Positions 28,602 through 42,306 of a stretch of 64,000 nucleotides of DNA are shown piece after piece. The notes under the pieces were generated by a model, which was not told where the DNA came from, did not search any database, and saw nothing but the letters and a program-made list of their open reading frames with translations. This stretch comes from Eledone cirrhosa. Lineage: Eukaryota. Positions within the stretch are counted from its first letter, which is position 1; each line of letters starts with the position of its first letter. The stretch lies in NCBI GenBank assembly GCA_964016885.1, contig OZ024766.1:1178001-1242000 (forward strand), written 5' to 3'. The translations under genes were made by a program, and so were the position numbers.

Positions 28602-28669
28602 CTTTGTCTGATGAACGATCCAGACATATATTAATATTGTCTGGGATCCTGAAACATTTGGTAATGGAG
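28602..28669 (+). ncRNA. Hammerhead ribozyme candidate (family B) in an inverted repeat spanning 28542-28668
   Basis: CUUUGU CUGAUGA [GAUCCAGACA...UGUCUGGGAUC] GAAA CAUUUG GUA AUGGAG; stem I relies on G-U pairs; the opposite arm is truncated within CUGAUGA. Confidence 0.65.
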
Positions 28670-29527
28670 TTCTTATATATCATATATATATATATGTGTG
28701 TGTATATATATATATGATATATATAATTGTTTCTACTTTTAGCACAAGGCCAGCAATCCCCCAGTACATTACTGGTACTTTACTTTATCAAACTCTGTAA
28801 GGATGAAAGGCAAAGTTAACCATGGTGGGATTTGAACTCAGAACGTAAAGGGCCGTAACTCTATGCTGCAAACATGGTGTCTGACCCTCTACTGATAGGG
28901 AAAATTATTGTGTACAGTGCTCAGTTACACTACAATATATGATTCTGACACTGTTTATGGCAAAACATTCTTTTTGAGTCTGTCCAGGTGTTTTATCATC
29001 ATCATAGTTTAATATCCATCTTCTACGCTAGCATGGGTTAGACGATTTTGTCCCATTTGATGCGGGAAATCGTTGGGAGACCATGTCTCGCTCGTACGGA
29101 AGTGTCTCTGGCAGGTTTTTTTACAGCTGGATGCCCTTCCTAACACCAACCACATTTACAGTGTGGACTGGGAGCCTTTTTACCGTGTCTCCTACACGAC
29201 CACCTTACAGTGTGAACTGGGACCCTTTTTACCGTGACTCCCTACCTGTTAGTTTGCCTGCTATCCCACTACACCTCGTGTAACCAAGATCTGCATTGTG
29301 TAGATTTTATTGTAAATTTCCAGGTCGAATAACACATCGCATTCATCCTTAGGAGTTACTAATAACACCAACCATGGACATGACAATGAAACAACAAACC
29401 AAACATGTACCTGTCGAGACAGAAACCAGTGATACCTACTAAATAATTGTCTGGCTATAAACCTAATCTAGAAGTGTGAGGTCCAAACCCATAATTCCAG
29501 ACACATATACATCCGGTTCACATACAC

Positions 29528-29730
29528 CCATCTCTGAAACCATACATCGGGGTCACATACGCAACATTGAAGGCTCATCTCTGCAACCATACATCGGGGT
29601 CACATACGCAACATTGAAGGCCCATCTCTGCAACCATACTTCGGGGTCACATACACAACATTGAAGGCCCATCTCCGCAACCATACATCGGGGTCACACA
29701 CACAACATTCAAGGCCCATCTTTGCAACCA
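29528..29730. repeat. 47-bp tandem repeat, about 4 copies
   Basis: aaggcccatctctgcaaccatacatcggggtcacatacrcaacattg. Confidence 0.85.
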
Positions 29731-30664
29731 CAAGAGCACCTTCAATGACAGGAACAAGCAATCATGCACCAGACCAGTGGACTTTGTATAGAGACTCAGA
29801 CTTAGAAACCGGGTTCAGGTTGTACTGGAGGTTGGTTAAGCATGCAGCACTACAATCTCTGGCTTTGAATGGCCAAAGATGCATTATGCTAAGGGATACC
29901 GGGTCCCTCAATTATACACTACAACAAGGAATGTTGGTGTTATCAAAAATATATTCAAGAAGACAACTATCAGATATGAGAAAGACTTTAATTCCACCTA
30001 AAAATAAATTTTTAAAATGGAAAGTAATATTTAAAGACTGTAGGGTTAAGGGTTTCCTTGTGATGTTAGTGGACAATAAGTTTTTATTTGTAAGATGAAG
30101 GACATGTTGGATTGCATAGTTCAAAGGTTTCTCTCTAGAGTGTGAACTTGGTTGGTCTTGGGGATCCAGCCATATCAGTTGCTTCTGACAGGACCTGCTG
30201 GAAGGAGGGTTTGGGTGTCCCCAGTTGCTTCTGATAGGACCTGCTGGAGGGAGTGTTTGGGTGACCCCAGTTGCTTCTGACAGGACACACTCGAAGAAGT
30301 GTTTGAGGATTCTGACCCCCACGACCCTCTCAGGTATAAGTGGGTGAAGAAGACCTCTTAACATCCCGTAATGATTTAGCAGAAATTATCTAAAATTAGG
30401 TTTGTTAGTAGACCCCAACTGAAGCAAGATGGTTAGATAACATCCATGAGCTTGGCTGGTCACACTTGGAGAATGCAGCAGGATCAGTTGGAGACTATTG
30501 CTTCTGACAGGACCCACTGGAAGAAGTGTTTGAGGATTCTGTCCCAAACGACTCTCTCAGGAATAAGTGGGCAAAGAAAGGAGCTTTTTCCACCAGTGTG
30601 TGTTCCTTTATACTTAGTTAAATCACTGCTTCAGACAAAATATTTCGCACACATTGCTCAATGT

Positions 30665-31882
30665 TTAGGTTTTCTCCAAGTGTTTTCTTTTATGTATAGT
30701 TAAATAGCTGTTCGTGACAAAGGACTTCCCACATGTTTCACAGTGGTAGGGTTTCTCTCCAGTGTGGTTATGCATGTGTACACGTAGATGATAATTCTGA
30801 GTGAAACACTTTCTACATATTTCACAACGATAAGGTTTTTCTCCAGTGTGTGTTCTTTTGTGGACAGCTAAATGAGTGCTTCTGACAAAAGATTTCCCAC
30901 ATGTTTCACAGTGAAAGGGTTTCTCTCCAGTGTGTGTTCTGATGTGTACAGTTAAATCATTACTGGAACGAAAAGATTTCCCACATATTTCACAGTGGAA
31001 GGGTTTGTCTTCAGTGTGAGTTCTTTTGTGAAGAGTTAAATAACTGCTTTTGATAAAAGATTTCCCACATGTTTCACAATGGAAGGGTGTCTCGCCAGTG
31101 TGTATTCTTTTGTGTGCAATTAAATCTGTGTTACTGATATAAGATTTCCCACATGTTTCACATTGAAAGCGTTTTTCTCCCCTGTGTGTTCTTTTGTGAA
31201 CTAGCAGATAATCATTTTCATTGAATGTTTTCCCACATGTTTTGCAGTGGAAGTGTTTATCTCCATTATGACTACGCATGTGGCTAACAAGATTGGAATT
31301 GCGAGTGAAAAATTTCCCACATGTTTCACAGTGAAAGGGTTTCTCTCCAGTGTGTATTTTTTTATGTCCAGTTAACCGACTTGTAGAGACAAAAGATTTC
31401 CCACATATTTCACAGTGAAAGGGTTTCTCTCCGGTGTGTGATCTTTTGTGTATTAAAAGACTATAATTTACAGTGAAAGACTTCCCACATATTTCACAGT
31501 GGAAAGGTTTCTCTCCAGTGTGGCTCCGTATATGTCTGACAAGACTAATTTCCCAAGTGAAAGATTTCCCACATATTTCACATTGGAAGGGTTTGTCTTT
31601 AGTGTGTGAGCCTTTGTGTGTGGATAATTCATCTACTGAAGAGAAAGTTTTCCTACAAATCACACAGCTATATTCAGGAATATTTCTGTGTAAAGATCCT
31701 TGTTCAGTACATGTTTCACTAGGTAAAGGTTTCTCATCACTGTATGTCTGCGTAACTGTATCTATATTGGTAGAAACAGGTGTTTTAGAAATGTCCATCT
31801 CACCACTGTATGTCTGTGTAACTGTATCTATATTGGTAGAAACAGGTGTGGTATAAATGTCTAAGTGTTTAATGTACTCCAT
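30665..31882 (-). CDS. C2H2 zinc-finger protein ZF2, 12 fingers, 405 aa from ATG (MEYIKH)
   Basis: Tandem FHCEICGKSF...HTGEKP fingers; N-terminus paralogous to ZF4; duplicated TPVSTNIDTVTQTYS segment. Confidence 0.93.
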   Translation of the reverse strand: MEYIKHLDIYTTPVSTNIDTVTQTYSGEMDISKTPVSTNIDTVTQTYSDEKPLPSETCTEQGSLHRNIPEYSCVICRKTFSSVDELSTHKGSHTKDKPFQCEICGKSFTWEISLVRHIRSHTGEKPFHCEICGKSFTVNYSLLIHKRSHTGEKPFHCEICGKSFVSTSRLTGHKKIHTGEKPFHCETCGKFFTRNSNLVSHMRSHNGDKHFHCKTCGKTFNENDYLLVHKRTHRGEKRFQCETCGKSYISNTDLIAHKRIHTGETPFHCETCGKSFIKSSYLTLHKRTHTEDKPFHCEICGKSFRSSNDLTVHIRTHTGEKPFHCETCGKSFVRSTHLAVHKRTHTGEKPYRCEICRKCFTQNYHLRVHMHNHTGEKPYHCETCGKSFVTNSYLTIHKRKHLEKT

Positions 31883-32596
31883 ATTATATATATATATACA
31901 GGTGTCCAAGAAATTATTAGTTGTATGACTGCGTGCGTGTAGTCTTAATAATTGTTCACCACGGAGTGTAAAGAAGTACACAATATCTGCTGTGTTAACA
32001 ATACAAATAATACGTACTTTATATTTCAAGTCCAAGTGTAAAGTCAAGAAAGACCAGGAAAGCTAATTGTTCAGATGTTGGTGATTTAAACCTATTTCTC
32101 ACTGTCCTGTAAAATGTGGAACAACCAATTCACGATGTAGCGTAGTTTCTCATGAAATGAAATATTTAATCATGTAGGAGATGGAACACCTACCCTGGAA
32201 CATGTAGCTCACTCTGTTATCTACAGAATATTAACTTTCACCTTAACATGAGATAATTACCACACAAGATATAATTAGATTAATTAAAGTTATAATTAAC
32301 ATGCCAGATACTCGGTGTCGTTGGTAATACTTCACTCCCCTTGACACCGGTGTCGTACGTTAAAAGTCCCTGATATAATTTAATACCTTCAGTTATATCA
32401 ATTCACAACACCCGGTAAAACAAACAACACCACCCAGTAAAATAAATTATTAAGTATGAACGAGGCTGTCTCTTACCTTGTTACTTGATGTGCTAGAAAT
32501 AGCGGCTAAAGCACACTCTATTGTCTTAAATCAAAAGAAAAACGCAACTGAATGCATGTATGTGTGCTTATATATGCTTGTGTGTGTGTATGTACA

Positions 32597-33704
32597 TCTG
32601 CTATGTAAATGACAATTTCTGTCTGTGTGTGTAACCAGTTGGCGCCTACACCAGTGATCCGATCCTGATGAAACTTTACACACAGGAGGTCAATATTCTG
32701 AGCAAGATAGGGGTTCCAAGCTGGTGATGCAAATTCTAAGTGTGACCCCACCATAGCTATATACAGCTTTAAATAGATAGCTGGAGAGCGGCTGACAGAG
32801 GTCTTTCTGAGTGATGCTAAGACACACTCGGCCTTCTTGGCAATTTTCAAGACATGCTTTGTCCAACACAAATCGCTGCTGACCATAATGCCCAGGTCAC
32901 GTTCACAAGAAGACTTCTTGGTATTAGTGTTGTGGAGGGAGTATGTGGACACTGGGTTTTTCCTCCCAAAATGCATTGTTTGTACCATTTAATTTTCGGT
33001 CCCTATTAATACGTATGTGTGTTAGGTGTCCTGTCGTTAGACGGATAGGAGGGTACAGCTTTACCTCCTTGGGTGTGGTGTGTCATTGCCTGCTCTGTCT
33101 GCTAGAGATGGTCCTTGCGTGGTAGTTACTCTGGGGGTGGGGGTTATTGTCAATAGGTGTTAGTAAAGGTGTAGATTATGCAGTGTCAAGAAAAACAAAG
33201 AATATCGTCTATCCTGAAGTGCTTTAGTGTTAACATAAATACTTATTACAGCTCTGCCTTGACTTCACCTTACTCATTACAAAACATACCAATGAATATG
33301 TCATGCAGGATATTTTGGATTATAAGTTCAAAATTTAATCATACACAGCAAAGGATGCTCTCAAATAGATTTTCTCTTATTCTACTCTCATTGTTTTTTT
33401 TGTTTGTATACAACTGTTTTCATTACAACTTTTTGTACTTTAGCAAAACTGCCTGTTTTTTTACAGATTTGCAACGTTAGTTGTCTTTAATCATTTGTAT
33501 AACTACATCCTGTTCAGTGTTTTCCTTCATTATCAACATAGTTTTATGTGTACAAAGATTGCACTAAATATTCGTTTGCATTAATTATTGAAGACTTCTG
33601 ATTATTTTGACAGGTTGGGGACAAATAATGTTCTTCTTTTACTTCCTAGCTGTATATTCTTAGCATAATTTCAAACCCCGAGCAACGCCAGGTAAATCTG
33701 CTAG
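32597..33704 (+). mobile_element. Non-autonomous Helitron-like element interrupted by a LINE fragment
   Basis: 5' A|TC...tctgtctgtgtgtgt...ccgatcctgatgaaacttt; 3' cccgagcaacgccagg hairpin then CTAG|T; similar 3' ends at 19415-19443 and 25586-25613. Confidence 0.55.
32688..32990 (-). mobile_element. CR1/L2-like LINE RT C-terminal fragment
   Basis: MHFGRKNP...ERDLGIMVSSDL.W..H...LY..MV.SHLEFASPAWNPY. Confidence 0.85.
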
Positions 33705-34387
33705 TACAAAATAAAAGAATATTTGAAGAAATAGTTTTGTTGAAATTTCAGTTTATTTTTAATATTTACAAACAGTAGTGAGATTAGAACCTACAATACT
33801 GGGGTTCACAGTTCTGTTGATAGAAATATACAGATAAAGAGCTGATATTCTGGAGAGCTAGATTTGAGCCTTTTCTCACCTTATTTTTAATTAAATACTC
33901 TATTTTAATTAATTAATGACAAATCTGGAGGAGTTTAGTAAAATTTATTTCATTACTAAGAAAGTAACTTAATGAAGGTTCTTATATTAAATAGGAAATC
34001 TGTATTTCAATTAAATAATTTACAAAAAATTATTAATTATTACATTACTAAGATAGTAAGTTAACATTTACTTCTGATATAAAACTATATCTAAAGATAT
34101 CAATCTAAATAGGAACCCTTTCAACTGGGTGGTTTTATTTAACATTCCCAGAGCTGGGTCTGCTAAATTTTATTATTTCATTAAAAAAATTGTAACTTAA
34201 CATGACTTGTGTTGCAAGATTTTAATTTAAATAGCAACCCTGTACTATGGGCATTAGGTTAGAATGTCTCAGGAAAGAATCACTGGAGAGTCACTCCAGT
34301 GATATGGCTTCTCTCTGGTGTGAATACGTTTGTGTACAGTTAAGTTACCTAACAGAGAATGATTTACCACAGATGTCAGTGGTATGG

Positions 34388-36766
34388 CTACTTTCCAGTG
34401 TGAACACGTTTGTGAATTGTTACGCTACTCAACTGAGAGAATGATTTACCACAGACATCACAGTCAAATGGCTTCTCTCCTGTATGAATACGTTTGTGCA
34501 AAGTCAATCCAGTAGTTCTAGTGAAGGATTTACCACAGATATCACAGTGATGTGGCTTCTCTCCTGTGTGAATACGTTCGTGTCTATTTAACTTCGTTTT
34601 TCCAGAGAATGATTTACCACAGATATCACAGTGATGAGGTTTCTCTCCTGTGTGAACATATTTATGTGCAGTTACGTGACCTAACTGAGGGAATGATTTA
34701 CCACAGATATCACAGTGGTATGGCTTCTCTCCAGTGTGAATACGTTTGTGAGATGTTAGGCTACCAACTGTAGCGAATGATTTACCACAGATATCACAGT
34801 GATATGGCTTCTCTCCTGTATGAACACGTGTGTGAGTAGTCAGATTATTACGAGAGTTGAATGATTTACCACAGATGTCACAACGGCATGGCTTTGAGTG
34901 ACCAAGTTTATGTTGATATAATGTAGCATTTAAAGAGAATGATTTACCACAGATATTACAGTGGTATGGCTTCTCTCCAGTATGAATAAGTTTGTGAGTT
35001 TTTAGCCAACTTTTATGAGAGGATGATTTACCACAGATATCACAATGATATGGCTTCTCTCCCGTATGAATACGCTTGTGTTTAGTTAACACATTTTTGT
35101 ATGCGAATGAATTACCACAGATATCACATTGATATGGCTTCTCTCCTGTATGAATACGTTTGTGTGCAGTTAATACTCTGTTTGTTACAAATGATTTACC
35201 ACAAATATCACAGTGGTATGGCTTTTCTCCTGTATGTATCTGTTTGTGTTCCTTTACACCACCAAGTGTAGAGAATGATTTACCACAGATAACACAGTGA
35301 TATGGCCTCTCTCCTGTGTGGATACGTTTGTGTGTTATTAACACACAATTTTCAGAGAATGATTTGCCACAGATATCACAGTGGTATGGCTTCTCTCCTG
35401 TATGAATACGTTTGTGTTTAGTCAATCCAGATCTTTGAGTGAAGGATATACCACAGATATCACAATTATATGGTTTCTCCCCAGTATGAATTCTTTTGTG
35501 AATGGTTACGGAACTATTTACAGAAAATAATTTACCACAAATATCACAGTGGTATGGCTTTTCTCCTGTATGAATACGTTTGTGTGCAGTTAGGGTCGTA
35601 TTTACAGAGAATGATTTACCACAGGTATCACAGTGGTATGGCTTCTCTCCAGTGTGAATAATACGTTTGTGAAATGTTAGGCTACTATCTGTAGTGAATG
35701 ATTTACCACAGGTATCACAGTGATATGGCTTCTCTCCTGTATGAGAACGTTTGTGTATAGTTAATACAGAACCTTTAGAGAATGATTTACCACAGATATC
35801 ACAGTGGTGTGGCTTTTCTCTTGTCTGTAAACATGTGTGGTCTTTTAGAGAACTTGACCTATAGAATGACTTATCACAGACATCACAGTGATATGGTTTC
35901 TCTCCTGTGTGAATACGTTTGTGTATAGTTAAAGAATATATTAAAGAGAATGATTTACCACAGACATCACAGTGATGTGGTTTCTTTCCTGTGTGAATAC
36001 GTTTGTGTGTATTTAAAGAATATAAAAAAGAGAATGATGTACCACAGACATCACAGTGATATGGTTTCTCACCAGTGTGTAGACGTTTGTGCAAAGTTAA
36101 TCCAGTATTTCCAGTAAATGATTTGCCACAGATGTCACAGCGAAAAGGCTTTTCTCCTGTATGAATACGCGTGTGCATTTTTAGCACGCTATATTCTCTA
36201 AATGATTTTCCACAAAAGTCACAGTCATATGGCTTCTCTCCTGTATGAATACGTTTGTGGAATTTTAATTTATTTTCAGAGAATGATTTACCACAGATAT
36301 CACACTGATATGGCTTCTCTCCTGTATGAGTACGTTTGTGCAAAGTTAATCCAGTATTTACAGCGAATGATTTACCACAAATATCACAGTGATATGGCTT
36401 CTCTCCTGTGTGAATACGTCTGTGTCTAGTTAATTCAGTTTTTATAAAAAATGATTTACCACAGATATCACAATGAAATCGCTTCTCGCCGGTATGAAAA
36501 CGTCTTGTGTGTTCGGGTAGGCCACTCTTGCTAGAGAATAATTTACCACAGATATCACAATGATATGGCTTCTCTCCTGTGTGAATACGTTTGTGACAAG
36601 GAAGTGCTCCTTTTCTTGAGAATGATTTTCCACAGATATCGCAATGGTATGGCTTCACTCCTGTATGAATAGGTTTGTGATTGTTTAGGTTACCCTTTGT
36701 ATAGAATGATTTATCACAGACATCACAGTGATATGGCCTCTCTCGTGTAAGACTATGTTTGTGCAT
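34388..36766 (-). CDS. C2H2 zinc-finger protein ZF3, about 28 fingers, 792 aa from the first ATG
   Basis: Tandem [10 protein letters not shown]...HTGEKP; finger 11 lacks its last His; acceptor at 37246, donor at 40319-40314. Confidence 0.93.
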   Translation of the reverse strand: MHKHSLTRERPYHCDVCDKSFYTKGNLNNHKPIHTGVKPYHCDICGKSFSRKGALPCHKRIHTGEKPYHCDICGKLFSSKSGLPEHTRRFHTGEKRFHCDICGKSFFIKTELTRHRRIHTGEKPYHCDICGKSFAVNTGLTLHKRTHTGEKPYQCDICGKSFSENKLKFHKRIHTGEKPYDCDFCGKSFREYSVLKMHTRIHTGEKPFRCDICGKSFTGNTGLTLHKRLHTGEKPYHCDVCGTSFSFLYSLNTHKRIHTGKKPHHCDVCGKSFSLIYSLTIHKRIHTGEKPYHCDVCDKSFYRSSSLKDHTCLQTREKPHHCDICGKSFSKGSVLTIHKRSHTGEKPYHCDTCGKSFTTDSSLTFHKRIIHTGEKPYHCDTCGKSFSVNTTLTAHKRIHTGEKPYHCDICGKLFSVNSSVTIHKRIHTGEKPYNCDICGISFTQRSGLTKHKRIHTGEKPYHCDICGKSFSENCVLITHKRIHTGERPYHCVICGKSFSTLGGVKEHKQIHTGEKPYHCDICGKSFVTNRVLTAHKRIHTGEKPYQCDICGNSFAYKNVLTKHKRIHTGEKPYHCDICGKSSSHKSWLKTHKLIHTGEKPYHCNICGKSFSLNATLYQHKLGHSKPCRCDICGKSFNSRNNLTTHTRVHTGEKPYHCDICGKSFATVGSLTSHKRIHTGEKPYHCDICGKSFPQLGHVTAHKYVHTGEKPHHCDICGKSFSGKTKLNRHERIHTGEKPHHCDICGKSFTRTTGLTLHKRIHTGEKPFDCDVCGKSFSQLSSVTIHKRVHTGK

Positions 36767-37480
36767 AGTGAATCCAGTACTTTCAGAGAATGATTTACCA
36801 CAGATATCACAGTTGTATGAGGTACAAATCAATCACAAAAGATTGATACCTCCACAATTTCTGTCTCACTACAATACTCAATTTACTAGTATTTAATACC
36901 AGAAATTATAAACTAGTGAGCCTTTCTAGAATTATTTTACTGAAGTTCTCTTGAGTTGTGTAACCAGTCATTGAGATGATACTCTAGATGTTTGTGTCCA
37001 CCATGATACTTTAGTTAAGAGTTAAATAACATAGCAAACAATCTTGTAGACATTCCATTAAATGAAGTAGAAAAACTGCTGTTATCAATCTCAGTTTAGA
37101 TGAAATATTTCCCAGTAATTCCTACGATAGATTTATATAACCAGGGTTATATCTGTCCTGTATCTTCCTTTAGAGTTTAAAAGTTGATAAATACTGATGT
37201 CTTTCAAGTGAAACCTATCATCTTCCGCCAATGTTATGAGATACTCTGAAATAATAAAGAAACTGTATGAGACAAACTTAAACTGTAAAGAAACTATACA
37301 TATTATGCAAGTTACACTGGAGGTGAGTCTAGAAAAATAGACCTAAATTAATTTAAACTGATGTAAGACTATAGTTGCAATCCCTGAAAATGACCCGAAG
37401 TGGAAATTCCTGCTTTTAGGGGTAGTTCAGAATCTCAAAAGTCAATGTGTGACAATTTGGAAATCGTGAAACCCTTTATC

Positions 37481-37670
37481 ATTTACATTACTCTATATAA
37501 ACTATTGTATTTTCACAGTAAAGGCTTTACCTCTCATAATATCTCACATAACATTTACATTATATATACTATTGTATTTTCACAGTAAAGGTTTTATCTC
37601 ACATAACATTTACATTACTCTATATATACTATTGTATTTTCACAGTAAAGGCTTTACCTCACATAATATC
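37481..37670. repeat. Short array (about 3 copies) of the 60-bp MITE-derived satellite, no TIRs
   Basis: Same unit as 15601-16740; lies in the ZF3 intron. Confidence 0.9.
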
Positions 37671-37679
37671 TTTCAATTG

Positions 37680-38640
37680 ATCTAGATGAAATGCAGTTTG
37701 GGTTTGTGTAAAAGTACCACAGACGCACTATTCCTTGTACGGCAACTACAGAAGTACCTAGTTAAAAGTAAACCCCTCTACTTAGCTTTTGTAGACCTGG
37801 AGAAAGCCTTTGGCAGAGTCCCCCGCTTCATTATCTGGTGGGCTCTTAGAAAACTAGGTGTAGATGAATGGCTTGTGAGAGCTATACAAGCCATGTATAA
37901 AGAAACAGTCAGTAAGGTTAGAATTAACAATGAATATAGTGAAGAATTTAGTGTAAAAGCTGGTTTCTTCAAGGCTCTGCCCTTGGCCCCTTCCTATTTA
38001 TTATTGCCCTTCAGGCTATAACAGGAGTTTAAGACTGGCTGCCCATGGGAACTTCTATACACAGATGATCTAACTCTCATAGCTGAATCTATGTCTGAAC
38101 AAGAGAAGAAATTCAAAACATGGAAGCATGCCCTAGAATCAAAACGCCTTAAAGTTAACTTGTCTAGGACTAAAGTCCTAGTATGTAGAAAGGAAAATAG
38201 GGCACAGGTGCCCTCTGGGAAATGGTCATGCTCAGTGCGTAGGAAATGAGTAGGTAGAAATTCCATTTTATGTCCCAAATGCAAAGTATGGGTACATAAA
38301 AGATGTAGTGGGATCACAGGTAAGCTATCTAAGAACGTAGACTTTATATGTGGCCGATGCTCAGGTGCAATAAGTAGCAAATGTCCACAGGATACTAGCT
38401 CCTTCTATTGCCCAGATGGTTCTATAGAAATAGTGGACACTTTCTGTTACCTGGGTGACAAAATCAACAGTGGTGGCGGGTGCTCTGAAACTACAGTAGC
38501 CAGAGTCAGAACGGGGTGGAAAAAGTTCAGAGAGTTTATACCGCTGTTGGTCACAAAAGGTTTCTCTCTAAAAATGAAAGGCAGATTGTATGATGCCTGT
38601 ATACGAACAGCAATGCTACATGGCAGTGAGACATGGGCAT
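37680..38640 (+). mobile_element. RTE LINE RT pseudogene fragment
   Basis: STTDALFLVRQLQ..LYLAFVDLEKAF, LLYTDDL, FCYLGD...LHGSETW; frameshifted. Confidence 0.92.
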
Positions 38641-38855
38641 TGTGTCCTCCATACACAATGCCCATGTAGCATAGTAATGTGTAATAGTAAGTAGAATAAA
38701 AAAACAACCCAGATCCCCTCAGGGAAATGGCCTTGCTCAGTATATAGGAAAGGTGTTGGTAGAAATTCCATCCTCTTCCCTAAATGCAAACTATGGGTAC
38801 ACAGGAGATGTAGTAGGATCTCAGGAAGTCTAGCAAAGAATACAGGCTTTTTACC

Positions 38856-39110
38856 ATGACCACTTTACAGAGTGGACTGGGTGTTTTTTGGTGTGACACC
38901 CACATGACCACTTTACAGTGTGGACTGGGTGCTTTTTGTTGCGACACCCACATGACCACTTTACAGTGTGAACTGGGTGCTTTTTGTTGTGACACCTACA
39001 TGACCACTTTACACGGTGAACTGGGTGCTTTTTGTTGTGACACCTACATGACCACTTTACAGTGTGGACTGGGTGTTTTTTGTCATGACACTTACACTAC
39101 CACTTTACAG
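38856..39110. repeat. 48-bp tandem repeat derived from an internal SINE segment
   Basis: catgaccactttacagtgtggactgggtgctttttgttgtgacacc; related arrays at 58388-58560 (reverse, running into a SINE tail) and 59089-59295. Confidence 0.8.
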
Positions 39111-39594
39111 AGGAGGAGGGGGGGGTATATATTCTTCAGCCTGTGCCCGAAAGAAGTTGAGTTTTCTACTGCATATAATATAAAGAGAGAAATAAAACCC
39201 AATTCAACACTTAGTACATCAATTAAGGTTACACAAGGGTCATTGGAAGTTTTGGAGGTAAGACACCACATTCACAGCATTACCATAGTTGATGGCGAGG
39301 CCAAGATACTGGAACAGCCAAGCACCCTCACTGGGATCATAGTCTGACACCTCAGTAAGGCCAGGTGTTGGCGTGGCTTAGATACTGGAACAGCCAAGTA
39401 CCCTTACAAGCACCACCTGACTCTTTGGTAAGGTAGGGTAATTGGATAGGCTGTGTAGCCGGTTAACCCTAACGTGAGGCAACACGCGCGTATCGCTATA
39501 GGGTTTCACTAGCCCCTTCCTTCCTCATTCATTACGTGTGTGTGTATGTAATAATTATTTTGTATAATTTGTCTATGAATATGTATGAGTAGAT

Positions 39595-40280
39595 GTGTGT
39601 ATATGTATGTAGGTTTACACCTCTTGTCTATATATTTACCTGTAAGTGTATATATATGTAGGTTTACACCTCTGTATGTCTATATATTTACCTGTAGGTG
39701 TATATATACACCTCTGTATGTCTATATATTTACCTGTACATGTGTATATATATATATACACCTTTGTTGTCTATATATTTACTTGTAGGTGTATATATAC
39801 ACCTCTGTTGTCTATATATTTACCTGTAGGTGTGTATATATACACCTTTGTTGTCTATATATTTATATATACACCTGTTTATATATTTACCTGGTGTATA
39901 TATATGTATATACACACCTCTGTTGTCTACAAATTTACCTGTAGGTGTATATATACACCTCTCTTGTCTATATATCTACCTCTGTTGTCTATATATTTAC
40001 CTGTAGGTGTATATATATACCTCTGTTTATATATTTACCTGTAGGTGTATATATACACCTCTGTTGTCTATATATTTACCTGTAGGTGTATATATATGTA
40101 TATATACACCTCTGTTGTCTATATATTTACCTGTAGGTGTATATATATATACCTCTGTTGTCTATATATTTACCTGTAGGTGTATATATACACCTCTGTT
40201 GTCTATATATTTACCTATAGGTGTATATATATGTATATATACACCTCTGCTGTCTATATATTTACCTGTAGGTGTATATG
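39595..40280. repeat. Minisatellite (acacctctgttgtctatatatttacctgtaggtgtat)n
   Basis: Inverted relatives at 47075-47545 (61-bp unit, about 7 copies) and 49563-49675. Confidence 0.9.
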
Positions 40281-40319
40281 TTACTAACAGACAGGGAGAA
40301 GTAAACATCATTTACTTAC

Positions 40320-40601
40320 ATATTCGGCAAAACTGCTTCTAAAACAATTATTTTCTCGTTTCTATCACATTCGTTGCTATGTAGTTATATACACTATATA
40401 TATTATATATATATATATACATACTATATATATATATATTATATATACACACTATATATATATATATTATATATACACATACTATATATATTATATACAC
40501 ATACTATATATATTATATATACACACTATATATATTATATATACACTATATATATTATATATACACACACTATATAGATATATACTATTAGCTGTGTAGT
40601 T

Positions 40602-40633
<32 letters not shown>

Positions 40634-40755
40634 AAGAAGTATTGATACGTCTGAGACTTAGAAATTTCAAGTCACCTGATGGCGGAAGTAAACGTCTGAA
40701 CGAACATGCGCATTACAAATTAATTATTTAGTGCGGGATTACTGGAAGTGGAACT
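40320..40755 (-). promoter_or_regulatory. Putative 5' exon and promoter of ZF3, possibly bidirectional towards ZF4
   Basis: Donor GTAAGT adjacent to 40320; CGGAAGT and GGAAGT (ETS-like) and CATGCGCAT (NRF-1-like) at 40683-40750; exon conserved inverted at 49455-49529. Confidence 0.5.
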
Positions 40756-40781
40756 CTCTCTCTCTCTCTCATACACACACG

Positions 40782-40823
<42 letters not shown>

Positions 40824-40957
40824 GAAATAAATATGGTTTTATAAATATAGTTTCCATTTGTTAATATATTGTATTTTTACTCCAAAAATTTGTTGAGTGC
40901 TTTATATTAGTTATAAAAATATTTGCTTGTTGTATCCCAACAAATTAAATATAACTT

Positions 40958-40989
<32 letters not shown>

Positions 40990-41479
40990 GGGCCTATCAC
41001 ATAAGTAGCATTTTACACTATTTAAATTTTATATATTCAAACGAAGTTCAGATATTAAAAAAATAAGCTTAAAAAGAATTTATTATATCAAATAAACAAA
41101 AAATAAAATATAGACGTTTGAATAAATTGGGAAAAATTAGGGCGACAAAAGATGGTTTGTACCCCGTTCCTGAAAAAGTGGCGGGCACTTGTCCCCTGGT
41201 AGCTCCCTGACACAACCCCTTGTGTATATATATATATATAAATGAAAGGTATAGAAAGTATTGTAGCAAGAAGCCAATAGTATTACATAATATATATTAC
41301 ACACACATATATATATATATATTTAGAGAGAAAGAGATATAATAAATTTTTATTTTATCCCCACTCTAGAATCAAAAGATCGTCGGCCCTCTGCTATATT
41401 ATTGTCTAGCTCTACACCTCCATACTGACATGGACCTAAACATCGAGTGCTCCCCTGGGTGAACCTACAGTAACACTCC

Positions 41480-41628
41480 CTTTCACTGCTCGCAAGTGTT
41501 TTTTAAGCTTCATATCATGTCTCCCTATTTTATCTAATGAGAACGCAAATATCATCCCATGATGATATTTGTTTTTCAAATGCGCATAATAAAATACATG
41601 AAACTCTTTTAACCATAATTTGATCTTA
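41480..41628 (+). mobile_element. Decayed copy of the family A hammerhead-bearing element
   Basis: Homologous to 5100-5248 but core reads CUAAUGA and CAAA; ends in (TA)n; a further truncated copy at 1295-1348. Confidence 0.8.
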
Positions 41629-42022
41629 TATATATATATATATATATACATACATACAGTCGAGTCCGCTTAAGAGTATACCCTCGGGAATGGAAAATAG
41701 TATACTCTTATCCGGACTAAGTAAAAATATTCCATAGTATTATTATTTTGAGTCTTTCAGTGATTAAAAATCGCTTTATTATCGTTTAAAATGCATTTAT
41801 AAGTAAAAAAAATGAAGGTTACACCAAAAAATTCAACAAGAATTATTGCAAATTATAGATAAATGAAGCAATATTTCAACATATTGGTATGCAATTTTTA
41901 TTTCCTAAAAATAGTCCAAAATGCTTCTTTGCACTCGATTGCTCGCAATTTTTATTTCAATCAATTCCTCCATCTCAGACAGAGTATAATTTCTAAACTT
42001 TCAAACGATTGCTTCATATAGG

Positions 42023-42164
42023 TAGGGCCGTCTTAGCAGCATTATAGGCCCCCGGGCAAAGCAGAGCACTGGGGCCCCTACCTACACAACCACTCACAGG
42101 AATAAAAATACAAATGGGGCCCCCGGGCAACTGCCCAGCGTGCCCATACGTTAATACGGCCCTG
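42023..42164. mobile_element. GC-rich hAT MITE nested in the pogo-like MITE
   Basis: TIR tagggccgtctta / taatacggccctg; perfect 8-bp TSD CATATAGG at 42015-22 and 42165-72. Confidence 0.88.
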
Positions 42165-42306
42165 CATATAGGACCGTACAGTGAACAAAGTATTCCTTCT
42201 TTTCCAGAGATCTAAAATATTGATAAATGATTAAAGTTATGTTAGGTACCTAAGCACATTCGTATTATAAATATAAAAATAATACATACTAACCTTTCTA
42301 CTTTAA

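Noticed and set aside
31883-32047. TTG-initiated N-terminal extension of ZF2
   Set aside because: Out of frame in paralogue ZF4 because of a TA-repeat length difference, so likely 5' UTR
32660-32680. cctgatgaaac as a hammerhead core
   Set aside because: No stem II between CUGAUGA and GAAA; part of the Helitron-like 5' region
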